NCBI GenBank assembly: GCA_958296135.2
Contig: CATQHZ020000001.1
Location: forward strand, 3,552,001 to 3,616,000
Source of the DNA: an uncultured Poribacteria bacterium
Lineage (GTDB): Bacteria > Poribacteria > WGA-4E > WGA-3G
Direction: 5' to 3'
DNA length: 64,000 bases
The notes under the pieces are model-generated. The model saw nothing but the letters and a program-made list of their open reading frames with translations, was not told where the DNA came from and ran no database searches. Below, piece after piece: positions 27,782 through 36,588 of this stretch. Position 1 is the first letter of the stretch; the number at the start of each line of letters is the position of its first letter. A program made the translations under genes and the position numbers.

Positions 27782-27810
27782 ATTATATCACATCAAGACG
27801 GAGGTTGCAA
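27782..27810 (-). promoter_or_regulatory. Sigma70 promoter facing the non-coding locus
   Basis: TTGCAA-17-TATAAT on the minus strand. Confidence 0.7.
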
Positions 27811-27839
27811 CAAAAAAGTTGAATCGCTGCCGAAGCACG

Positions 27840-29030
27840 TTAACGGCGCGGGAAAAACGTATCAATGCCGGCATCAATATCCTCAATCGGGTGGCCGTAT
27901 TGCTGCCGATAGTTGTCGTGGATACCCTGTTCTGTCTCGGTGAGTGCCGTCAGCGGAAAGGTGAGGGTTTCTCGGCTCCGTTTGCCCGATTCCGCCATCG
28001 CGATGTTCATCTCCTGGTCTTGCCTAGCCAACAGTGCGCCGTATGCCGGCTCTGTGTCGTTAAGCACGGCAGTAGCGATGCTGAGCAATTCATCTGCCAC
28101 CGCAATCTGTCCTTCGGAGAGAGGATAGTGCTTAAGCGGGTTCTCCCACGTCACCGTCTGCTCAGGCAACTCCAACGTAATGTTCTCAATAACGGTGGCT
28201 CCATCCACGTCAATCGTGGTTCGCTTCGGCTGATATGCGATACCTTTCGCCCCAGATTGCAGTTCCTCAGCCGGTGTCACATAGATATCCTCGCCGACGA
28301 TGGTGCCTTTGCTGCCATCAATCTGCGAGATACCCGTTTGCCCGCGTCCCAAGGAACGCGCATGGATGACGTTAGAGTATACCATCAGCGCAGTCGCGCC
28401 GTTATCAAATTCAATGAAGCCGAGGCTCCAATTCTCGCTAGTGTGGTGCCGCTTCATCCTATCAATGATCGGAATCACCGGGCTAGTTTGCACAATCCCG
28501 AGTGCCGACTTCGGTTCGCCGCCGGCGCGAAGCCGCAGCATGCTCATCCCGTGATAGCCGCCTTCGTAAAAAATGCGATAAATCCGAGCGACATCGCCGA
28601 TGACATCCGCCGCGATAACCTCCGACAAGAACCGCTCGCGCGGGGCACGGTAGTAGTTCTCCGCCACTTCAAGTTTGACGTTATTCGCTTTGGCGCGTGC
28701 AATCATCAAATCTGTCGTCGGCAACGTCACAGCAATAGGCGTTTCACAGAGGATGTGAATCCCGGCATCCGCCATAAAGCACCCAACTGCATGATGCGCC
28801 ACACCGGGCACAGTAATATCAACAACATCAAGTACTTCCTGCTCAACGAGTGCACGGACGCTGGTGTAAGGTGTCGCACCGTATTGCTTGGCATAGCGCG
28901 TCGCCACCTCCTCATCTATATCACAAATTGCGACGAGGTTATAGACATCTTTGAGTTTCGCGATAACCGGCAGGTGCGCACCGCCCCCGCGCCGCCCCGC
29001 ACCGACTAAAGCAATATTGAGTTTTGACAT
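27840..29030 (-). CDS. Gfo/Idh/MocA family oxidoreductase
   Basis: ALVGAGRRG, AICDID, CETPIA, VAENY; AGGAGG RBS. Confidence 0.88.
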   Translation of the reverse strand: MSKLNIALVGAGRRGGGAHLPVIAKLKDVYNLVAICDIDEEVATRYAKQYGATPYTSVRALVEQEVLDVVDITVPGVAHHAVGCFMADAGIHILCETPIAVTLPTTDLMIARAKANNVKLEVAENYYRAPRERFLSEVIAADVIGDVARIYRIFYEGGYHGMSMLRLRAGGEPKSALGIVQTSPVIPIIDRMKRHHTSENWSLGFIEFDNGATALMVYSNVIHARSLGRGQTGISQIDGSKGTIVGEDIYVTPAEELQSGAKGIAYQPKRTTIDVDGATVIENITLELPEQTVTWENPLKHYPLSEGQIAVADELLSIATAVLNDTEPAYGALLARQDQEMNIAMAESGKRSRETLTFPLTALTETEQGIHDNYRQQYGHPIEDIDAGIDTFFPRR

Positions 29031-29159
29031 GAAAAACCTCCTAACATGGAAAATGACAGAGCCCTGTCCTTGGCCTGTCCCCACCACGCCCGAGCGAGTC
29101 AAGAACGATTGGGAGAGACAGGCCCTCGCGCTACGATGGCAGCAGCATTTGCTGCTACA

Positions 29160-29290
29160 TCAGAGGCGTGCGGAATGTGTGCAACTACCGAGTCCCATCC
29201 GATATTTGATGTCGTAGTTGATGATGAAGTCTAACTCCTCATCCGTGAAGCTGTAGTGTTCCGCAAGCACCCGGTCGATGAGGACTTTGC
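29160..29290 (-). pseudogene. C-terminal remnant of an Eco57I-like restriction-modification methyltransferase
   Basis: IDRVLAEHYSFTDEELDFIINYDIKYRMG tail with no upstream gene body; flanked by GTAG repeats. Confidence 0.55.
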
Positions 29291-29485
29291 GGAAGTCGCT
29301 GTATCTTTGGGAGCGGCGAGCGTGGGATGTCGAGACCGGGAGGTCTCTCCTACTGGGCGGCGAGACAGGCTCTGCTTCATCAACAAACGCTTGCATCCGC
29401 TCAAGGCATGCTTCGTAGAGCGGCTCCAGGATATTTAGCGCGTTGACAAACCAGAACGATTCAGTTTTCTGTTACAGAAAAACGT

Positions 29486-29514
29486 TTGACATCCACTCCG
29501 GGAAATGCTATACT
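29486..29514 (+). promoter_or_regulatory. Sigma70 promoter
   Basis: TTGACA-17-TATACT with TG extension. Confidence 0.75.
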
Positions 29515-29553
29515 TTCACAATAAACGCTTGCCTTGGCACTGACACTATCACT

Positions 29554-30309
29554 ATGCTTGCCCTCATCCTGAAAGAACTCCGTTCCTATACACGCTCCCG
29601 CAAATACCGGCGGCTCCACTTCCTGACATTAGCTGCACTCACGCTCTTGCTGTTTGTCGCCACCGTCGAATTTTATGCACAGAGCCGCACCGGTGCTGCC
29701 GTTGACGTAGGAAAACAAGCATACACCCTCTTCCTCGTCGCGCTTTTCCTCACGCAATTCCTCGTGCCGAGGCATGCCGTTGAAGCACTGCACAGTGAAC
29801 GACATCGCCACGCGACGAACGGTGCACTGCTTCGGCTAACGCCGCTGTCAGACTGGCACATCTTGGCTGGCAAACTGAGCGCGGTTGTTTTGTGGGAATT
29901 GTGGGGCGTTTGGCTAACAATACCATTGCTGGCACTCTCAAGTTACATCGGCGGTTTTGCCCTGCCGCAATTGCTGAAATGCGGCGCGGTGCTCATCGGG
30001 AGTTGCATCTTTTTCGCACTCATCGGTACCAGTTTTGCCCTATGGCATTCGCCCATCCGGGCCAAAGGTATCAGTTACGGAGCCGCCCTCCTCATCACGT
30101 TCCTCCCGCTGATTCCTTTGCCTCATATTGACGCACTCCCGATGTTGGAGGCAATGAGCCCCCTCTGCGCACTGTTAGCTATCCTCCGTTCAGAACCCAG
30201 ACAACTTTGGGTGTGGAACGTTGCGCTGTTTTGCGTCCTAGCTGTACCGCTTTTCTGGCTTGGCACGAAACGTTCAATAACCAGTTTTAAGTTACAGACA
30301 TCGGTTTGA
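29554..30309 (+). CDS. ABC-2 type permease-like membrane protein
   Basis: LILKELR start, ER...LLRLTPLS..ILAGKL motif, about six TM segments. Confidence 0.75.
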   Translation: MLALILKELRSYTRSRKYRRLHFLTLAALTLLLFVATVEFYAQSRTGAAVDVGKQAYTLFLVALFLTQFLVPRHAVEALHSERHRHATNGALLRLTPLSDWHILAGKLSAVVLWELWGVWLTIPLLALSSYIGGFALPQLLKCGAVLIGSCIFFALIGTSFALWHSPIRAKGISYGAALLITFLPLIPLPHIDALPMLEAMSPLCALLAILRSEPRQLWVWNVALFCVLAVPLFWLGTKRSITSFKLQTSV

Positions 30310-32176
30310 ATTGACACCCCTCCACGAAGATTTCAAAGAAATCCGATGTTGTCTCCAACTCAATATGCTCAATGTTTTTGACGAACGCCTCAATCGCCGC
30401 ACGTTTCTCGCGTGAAAGCAAAACCGCTTTTGCACCGCTGATAGCCGCGTTTCCGATTTTGACAATCCGCGCAGCAGGAACAGGAGCCAAAAACCCAATG
30501 TCAACGGCATCCTGCAGGTTGACGTAGTTCGCAAATCCGCCTGCCAAAAAGAGTCGCGCGATGTCCTGAGGCGCGCAGCCGTAGTGCCGCAGCACTATGA
30601 ATTGCCCACAGTAGTTCGCCGCCTTCGCTTGTGCCAAGTTGCTCGCATCCTCACGGGAGAAGGTGATGCCATAATCCGGTAAGAGCGACAACTCACGCTG
30701 TTTCCTCTCCACAAAAACGCCTTTCGGACTCATCTGCTCGTGCCTGCGGAGCAACGCCAGCAGCGAAATCAGACCGGAACCACACAATCCTTGCGGCGGC
30801 TTTCCATCAATAGTCTCGTACGTAAACTCACCGTCGCGCCAGTTCATCGCCTCAATCGCACCGGGGTAAGCAGGCATGCCGTATGTGATACCGCCGCCTT
30901 CAAACGCCGGACCGGCGGGACAGGACGCGCAGACCATCCGTTCCGAATTTCCGACTACCACCTCCGTGTTTGTGCCGACATCAACGAGCATCATCACCTC
31001 GTCTCGCACGCTCATGTCAATTGCAACAAGATCTGCGGCGACATCGGCACCGACATGGCTCGCAATTAACGGCAGGCTGTAAACCATCGCTTTCGGGTTC
31101 GCACGGATGCCCAAACGTCGCGCCTTCTCGGTGAGCGAAGTCGTCGCGCGCACACCCTCGCGATACTCGTGCTCAATCACCGATTTATACGGTTTCTGCC
31201 CGATGCTCTGGACATCCTGCTTGAAGAAAATATCGCGCATCGTCGTGTTGCCAGCGACAACAATCTCATAAATCTCCTGCCGGACGAAATCATGTCGGAT
31301 GCACATCGCCATAATCTCGCTGTTGAGCGCGGCGATAAGCGAACGACGCAGTTCACCCTGAAACTGTCCATCGTAGGAGATGCGGTTCATGATGTCGCTG
31401 CCGCCGAAACGCTGCGGATTCTCAAAGGCACTGACAGAAACTGTCTTTCCACTCTCAAAATCCACGAGCTGGGCGACGACTGTCGTCGTGCCGATGTCCA
31501 ACGCAAGGCCGTAGAGATGGCCTCGAAACCGGTCTACCGGCTCAGTATCATAATAGACAACGCCATCCCGATGCGTCACCATCGGCTGCAGGTTGCTGTG
31601 CGTGCCAATGTCTACGGTATCTGTCAAAATCCTCGGCGTGCGGCGCAGCGGCTCAAAGGCTATGTCCGCGCCCGCATCCTGCACCACCGCTTGACAGGCA
31701 AGCCGGAAGTTATCCCGTAAGAAAGCCTCCGCTGCATTGAGAGGCGTAAGTGCTTGCATCCCCGCTTTTATCTCAACGATGCACTCGTGGCACTGGCCCG
31801 TGCGAAAGCAGGAGGTAGGCACTTGAATCGCCAACTCGTCCGCATAGTCAAAGATTGTTTTTCCGGCGGTAAGGGGTTGCGTTTTCCCATCGCAAGTGAT
31901 GCTCCCGGAACCGTAATTCACGTCAGGTGCCGCGTCTGGCTCCATTTCCCACGCGTGCCGGTAGTCTAATTTATCGTCACCCACGCACAGCAGCCCGGTG
32001 CCCTCAGCAATCCGCCGTTGGTTGCGGCACCCGAACTTCGCAGTGCAGTGGTTTTTACGATTTTTGTAGGGACACCGATACGTCGCCTGTTCATCGGCGT
32101 GCACGACGAGTTCTTCAAAAATCGCTGTTATCTTATTGAGCCGTTTTTCGTATTCAACTTTGTCAATCTTCGTCAT
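30287..32176 (-). CDS. ASKHA/DUF4445 corrinoid reductive activator with 2Fe-2S domain
   Basis: SCFRTGQCHEC...RLACQ, DIGTTT, NPQRFGGSDIMNRI, DVGTNTE, AGPAFEG, GLCGSG. Confidence 0.88.
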   Translation of the reverse strand: MTKIDKVEYEKRLNKITAIFEELVVHADEQATYRCPYKNRKNHCTAKFGCRNQRRIAEGTGLLCVGDDKLDYRHAWEMEPDAAPDVNYGSGSITCDGKTQPLTAGKTIFDYADELAIQVPTSCFRTGQCHECIVEIKAGMQALTPLNAAEAFLRDNFRLACQAVVQDAGADIAFEPLRRTPRILTDTVDIGTHSNLQPMVTHRDGVVYYDTEPVDRFRGHLYGLALDIGTTTVVAQLVDFESGKTVSVSAFENPQRFGGSDIMNRISYDGQFQGELRRSLIAALNSEIMAMCIRHDFVRQEIYEIVVAGNTTMRDIFFKQDVQSIGQKPYKSVIEHEYREGVRATTSLTEKARRLGIRANPKAMVYSLPLIASHVGADVAADLVAIDMSVRDEVMMLVDVGTNTEVVVGNSERMVCASCPAGPAFEGGGITYGMPAYPGAIEAMNWRDGEFTYETIDGKPPQGLCGSGLISLLALLRRHEQMSPKGVFVERKQRELSLLPDYGITFSREDASNLAQAKAANYCGQFIVLRHYGCAPQDIARLFLAGGFANYVNLQDAVDIGFLAPVPAARIVKIGNAAISGAKAVLLSREKRAAIEAFVKNIEHIELETTSDFFEIFVEGCQFKPMSVT

Positions 32177-32276
32177 TTTTCTCTCTTCAAGCATCCCGTG
32201 GCGGGGAACTCCGGTTTGTGTCTCGGCTGCGCTAGGCACGCTTTGGAGAATTTCTCAAGACCGGCAGGGCCCCGCA

Positions 32277-33035
32277 TTAAAATTCTTCATCGTCTTCTTC
32301 AAGGAACCGCTTGGCAAGCGCGACACACGCCAACGCGTCTTTGCCGTATCCATCGGAGCCCATATCATCAGCAAACTCCTGTGTGACAGGCGCGCCGCCT
32401 ACCATAATCTTGACATCTTCGCGCAAGTCTTCGTCAATAAACGCATCGATCGTTTTCCCCATGTTCGGCATCGTGGTAGTGAGCAACGCCGACATCCCCA
32501 AGATAGGGGCCTGATATTGCTCCACTGCCTCAATGAACTCGTCTTCGGAGGTATCAACACCCAAATCGTGGACGACGAACCCCGCGCCCCGCAGCATCAT
32601 GATGCACAGGTTTTTGCCGATATCGTGCAGGTCACCTTTGACGGTGCCCATTATCACAGTACCGATAGGTTCAATTCCAGCATCGGAGAGAATCGGTTCG
32701 ACATGTGCCATGCCGGCTTTCATCGCGCGCGCGCAGGCTAAAACTTCCGGCACGAAGATGAAATTTTCCCGGAACTTAATGCCGACGATGCCCATCCCCG
32801 CGATGAGCGCGTCGTCCATGATTTCCAGAGCCTCGGTGCCGGCTCCCAGTGCTGCCACCGTCAATTCATCAACAGCACCGTGGTCTCCGTCAATAAGCGC
32901 GGCGGCGATATCCTGCATTGCCGGGCGCACTTGAGCGAACATGTCCGTGAAGCGCGCTATCTCATCGGGACGCTCCAGAAACTCTTCAATCTCTTCTCGG
33001 ATGAATTCGTTTGCGATGTCGTTAATAGTTGCCAC
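32277..33035 (-). CDS. Cobalamin-binding methyltransferase corrinoid protein
   Basis: FVPEVL, GTVKGDLHDIGKN, SALLTTT, VGGAP; GTG start after AAGGAG. Confidence 0.92.
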   Translation of the reverse strand: MATINDIANEFIREEIEEFLERPDEIARFTDMFAQVRPAMQDIAAALIDGDHGAVDELTVAALGAGTEALEIMDDALIAGMGIVGIKFRENFIFVPEVLACARAMKAGMAHVEPILSDAGIEPIGTVIMGTVKGDLHDIGKNLCIMMLRGAGFVVHDLGVDTSEDEFIEAVEQYQAPILGMSALLTTTMPNMGKTIDAFIDEDLREDVKIMVGGAPVTQEFADDMGSDGYGKDALACVALAKRFLEEDDEEF

Positions 33036-33093
33036 AGGCTTTTTATATCTCCTTAAAAAGAGGATACCACAACTGACAAAAAATTGCAAATTT

Positions 33094-34473
33094 TTACGAC
33101 AGCAGATGCTGTTCCCACCATGCCACATACTCCGCATCGCTGATATCCGGCGAGAGGCCGCGCTTTTCCATCGCCTGCCTGAAACCTGCCGCCATGTGCT
33201 CATCCCAATAGGTGGCAACCTCCGAAGATTCCGGCACTTCTCCCATATCACCTGTCGTCTCTATCCACGCATCCAACTGCGCGCTGAGCTCCGCTCGCAC
33301 GGCATCATAGCGTGCATCAGCTGCAAGGTTGTTCACCTCGTCAGCGTCTACCTCAAGGTGATAGAGCTCTTCGGCAGGCCGCGTCGGCTGCACGAACCGC
33401 TGTTGCACCGCCGACAACGCGCCTTTTTCAGATAACGCCTGCAGCAACGCCCACACCGGATACTGCTGTTTCTTGTAACCGTTGAATTGCATGTAGGGAC
33501 GTTCCGGGTGATAATTGCGGATGTACTTATAGCGATGCGTCCGGATACACCGAATTCTGTCATCCGTGCCATCGCACCGGTCGCGGGCTGCGAAAATTGC
33601 ATCGCGCCTCGTTGCATCCGCGCCGAGGAAGATTTGGCCCTGCATAAAATCAGGAATCTCAACGCCCGCGAGCGATAACGTCGTCGGCGCGAAATCAACA
33701 CCGCTGATGAGTTTATCGCTGATACCGCCCGCTTCAACCTGCCCCGGCCATCGGACAATCAGCGGGATATGGATACCGCCATCGTAAAGAAACTGCTTGC
33801 AGCGGACATGCGCGCGTCCATGGTCGCTCATAAAAAAGATAATCGTATTGTCCGAGAGCCCCTCATCATCCAGCCGTTGGAGAATCTGTCCCACCTTCCG
33901 GTCCAGAATTTGGATGCTCTCAAGGTAGAGAGCCCAATCCTTACGGGTAAGCGGATGGTCTGGATAATAAGATGGCAGTGCAACGTCATCCGGGGAGATA
34001 GGGTGTCCCGGGTCCGGTTTAAAGACGCGGTGCGTGTCCGGAATGTTAATCTGCGCGTAAAAAGGTTGGCCTTCCGCGCGTTCACGCCAATCCACCGCAT
34101 CAAACGGATTTTCACGCTGAAAGTTGAAATCTGTCTTCCCAGGGCGGTTGTAGGGCGGCCCAGGGCTGTTGCATGTCCAATAGCCGACTTCTCGGAAGCA
34201 ATCGGTGATGAGTTTCATATCAGGAGGCAGAGGTTTGTCGCGATTGCTTCGATGGTTGTGCGCGTCAAAATGCGTCTGATAGGTCCCTGTGATGAGCGCG
34301 GAGCGGCTCGGCGAACACACCGGACACGTGACGAAAGCATGGGTATAGCGAGTGCCCTCGGAAGCAAGCCGGTCGATGTTCGGTGTCTGCACGGCAGGCG
34401 TGCCGTAACACCCTAAGTCGGGCGAGAGGTCTTCGCCGTAAATCCAGAGGACATTCGGTTGTTTGGTTTGCAT
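33094..34473 (-). CDS. Sulfatase (Cys-type)
   Basis: PNVLWI..EDL, CSPSRSALITG, SDHG, EELY. Confidence 0.92.
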   Translation of the reverse strand: MQTKQPNVLWIYGEDLSPDLGCYGTPAVQTPNIDRLASEGTRYTHAFVTCPVCSPSRSALITGTYQTHFDAHNHRSNRDKPLPPDMKLITDCFREVGYWTCNSPGPPYNRPGKTDFNFQRENPFDAVDWRERAEGQPFYAQINIPDTHRVFKPDPGHPISPDDVALPSYYPDHPLTRKDWALYLESIQILDRKVGQILQRLDDEGLSDNTIIFFMSDHGRAHVRCKQFLYDGGIHIPLIVRWPGQVEAGGISDKLISGVDFAPTTLSLAGVEIPDFMQGQIFLGADATRRDAIFAARDRCDGTDDRIRCIRTHRYKYIRNYHPERPYMQFNGYKKQQYPVWALLQALSEKGALSAVQQRFVQPTRPAEELYHLEVDADEVNNLAADARYDAVRAELSAQLDAWIETTGDMGEVPESSEVATYWDEHMAAGFRQAMEKRGLSPDISDAEYVAWWEQHLLS

Positions 34474-34575
34474 GGTTTTTTCCGGATACCGAGTTGCGAT
34501 TGGGATTCGTGTATGGGGCGGATAGAGACAGCCGCCCCATACGGGCTTTGTGAGAAACAAAACTATAAAGGCAGC

Positions 34576-35430
34576 TCACACCGACGCGCCATTGACATTG
34601 CCCACCACATACCGGTCGCGGAAAAGCGTCTGCCGCAGCGGCGGCATCGCCGCAAGCAGTTCCGGATGCGGCCTGTAAAGCTTCGCGAAACCGCTATCAA
34701 CAGGACTATACAGATTGAAAATCGCTATCCTGTCGTTATCTGTGTTCGTCCACGTCGTCGCGCTATGCGTAAGTGCCTCCGTGAAGAAGAGCAGTGAACC
34801 CGCTGGGCAACCGTAAGTGCTCCAGATATCCGACACCGGGTTTTGGATATCCGCTGGTGCCGTGTAAACCGACTTATGACTGCCTGTCACGAGCAGTGTG
34901 CCGCCTTGTCCCTTCTTCACCTCGGTCAATTCCCACACAATGCGGGTATGCGGACTATGGCCCTTGCCGGGGAACGCGTTGTAGTAGTGGACATCGCCGG
35001 GGAAACGGAGTAACCCATTCCCGTTGTGCGGCCCGAAACTGCCCATGCCGGGGGTGCGATAAAAGAGACTCGTGCTTTCAACCGAAAAGCCGTAGCATTC
35101 CGAGCTCGTCACGGCGGGGTGCGCCATGAATTCGTTGAGCAGCGAGACGACAAGCGGATGATCGATCAGTTTCTGAAGCGGGCCGCCGAGTGGCCCCCGT
35201 TCAGATTCCGGAATTGACTCGGGTCTATGGTGTAGCCGCGCGGCAAACTCGTGCATCTCCTTCAATTCGCCACCTGAGAACACTTCCGGCACGAGAAACC
35301 ATCCATGCGTATCAAAAGCATATCGCTGTTCCGGGGGGAGCTCAGGCACGGCGAGTCCATCGGCGTTGCGCGCCGGAAATTGGCACGCATCCGATGGCAG
35401 GTGAAATCCGTTCGCGGTCTGATTTTCCAT
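34576..35430 (-). CDS. Phytanoyl-CoA dioxygenase-like Fe/2OG enzyme (HxG variant)
   Basis: YAFDTHGWFLV, GPHNG, GSHK, AGSLLFFTEALTH, R before the C-terminal strand. Confidence 0.8.
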   Translation of the reverse strand: MENQTANGFHLPSDACQFPARNADGLAVPELPPEQRYAFDTHGWFLVPEVFSGGELKEMHEFAARLHHRPESIPESERGPLGGPLQKLIDHPLVVSLLNEFMAHPAVTSSECYGFSVESTSLFYRTPGMGSFGPHNGNGLLRFPGDVHYYNAFPGKGHSPHTRIVWELTEVKKGQGGTLLVTGSHKSVYTAPADIQNPVSDIWSTYGCPAGSLLFFTEALTHSATTWTNTDNDRIAIFNLYSPVDSGFAKLYRPHPELLAAMPPLRQTLFRDRYVVGNVNGASV

Positions 35431-35441
35431 TTGGGGTCCTC

Positions 35442-36439
35442 CTAAATTTCGGCGCGGTAAGCAGAGGTGCGCTGTTCAAAATCGCCGTTGATAACGTTCC
35501 CGCCGGCGTAGGGTTCGCGAAAAAGCGTCTGCCGTTTCGGCGGCATCGCCGCCACAAGCCGCGGATGCGGCACCCAATTGGACCAGCGGCTCGCCACCGT
35601 GTTATACAAATTAGAGACGCAAACTCGTCCTGCACCATCGGCGTTAGCACCCCCACTCGCAATCGTCATCGATTCTGTGAAGAGAATGAGCGATCTGTGA
35701 AGAGAATGAGCGAGCCTGAGGGAACATGCACGTCTCCCACAGCGGGGAATCCACATCCTGCACCGCCTCCGGATAGGATACGCCGCTTTATGACTGCCCG
35801 CGGATGAACCCGTTACATCGATTTGCTTCAGGATTGCGAGATCGTGTGTTCTTCACCGCGAGTGCGTGCTGATCGCGCGTCAAGCGCTCCAGCCTCGCCG
35901 GGAACGCACGGTAAAGATGCGAATCGCCCGGCAACCGGAACAGCCCGTTTCCTGCGTGAGGGGCGGGCTGGTTTGTTTGTTTGTTGGAGTGTGGGGGTGG
36001 TGTGGGTGGTTGGGGGGGTTGGTGTGTGTGTGGTGGGGTGGGGGGGGGGGTGGGGGGGGGGGGTGGGGGGGGTGGGGGGGGTGGTGTGGGGGGTGGGTGG
36101 ATGGTGGGTGGGTGGGGGGGGTTGAGTATTAGGATGGTCTGCCAGTTTTTGCAAGGGCCCGCCAAGCGCGCAACGCTCCGGTTCCGGGAGGCCATCCGGT
36201 TCGGTGCGCAGGCGTTCGCAAAATTCGCGCATCTCCCCAATCTCCGCATCCGATAAGACGCTCGGAATCAGAAGCCAGCCGTTCCGATCGAAGTCGTACT
36301 TCTGCTTCTGCGTCGGGACAACCACGGGCAATCCGTCAGCGTTAGCGCGCGTTAATTCTTCCGGTTCAACCTCAACGGCACTGCCGAGGTTTTTGTTCAC
36401 AATAAAGGGTTTTGTCGTCGCAAGTTCTCTGTAAGCCAT
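35442..36439 (-). pseudogene. PhyH-like paralogue broken by frameshifts and a poly-G tract (probably an assembly artefact)
   Basis: Fragments MAYREL...YDFDRNGWLLI...LGGPLQKLADHP, APHAGNGLFRLPGD and LILFTES...MPPKRQTLFR parallel 34576..35430 in different frames. Confidence 0.7.
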
Positions 36440-36552
36440 CAGCGTACGTCCTCCGTGCAATGTTCGCATGGGGAGAGTCTACCACGGAACCAAAAATTTG
36501 TCAACTGAACTCTGATAATACCCAAGACGATTTAGTTCTCCCTTTTTTTCTC

Positions 36553-36582
36553 TTGACACAAAACCCCCAATGTTGTTATCAT
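36553..36582 (+). promoter_or_regulatory. Sigma70 promoter giving a probable leaderless mRNA
   Basis: TTGACA-18-TATCAT, ATG 6 nt later, no RBS. Confidence 0.65.
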
Positions 36583-36588
36583 ATCTCT

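Noticed and set aside
35960-36125. G/T-rich tract as a G-quadruplex or proline-rich protein
   Set aside because: It replaces the middle of an otherwise recognisable PhyH gene and is flanked by frameshifts, which is typical of low-quality poly-G sequence; treated as an artefact.
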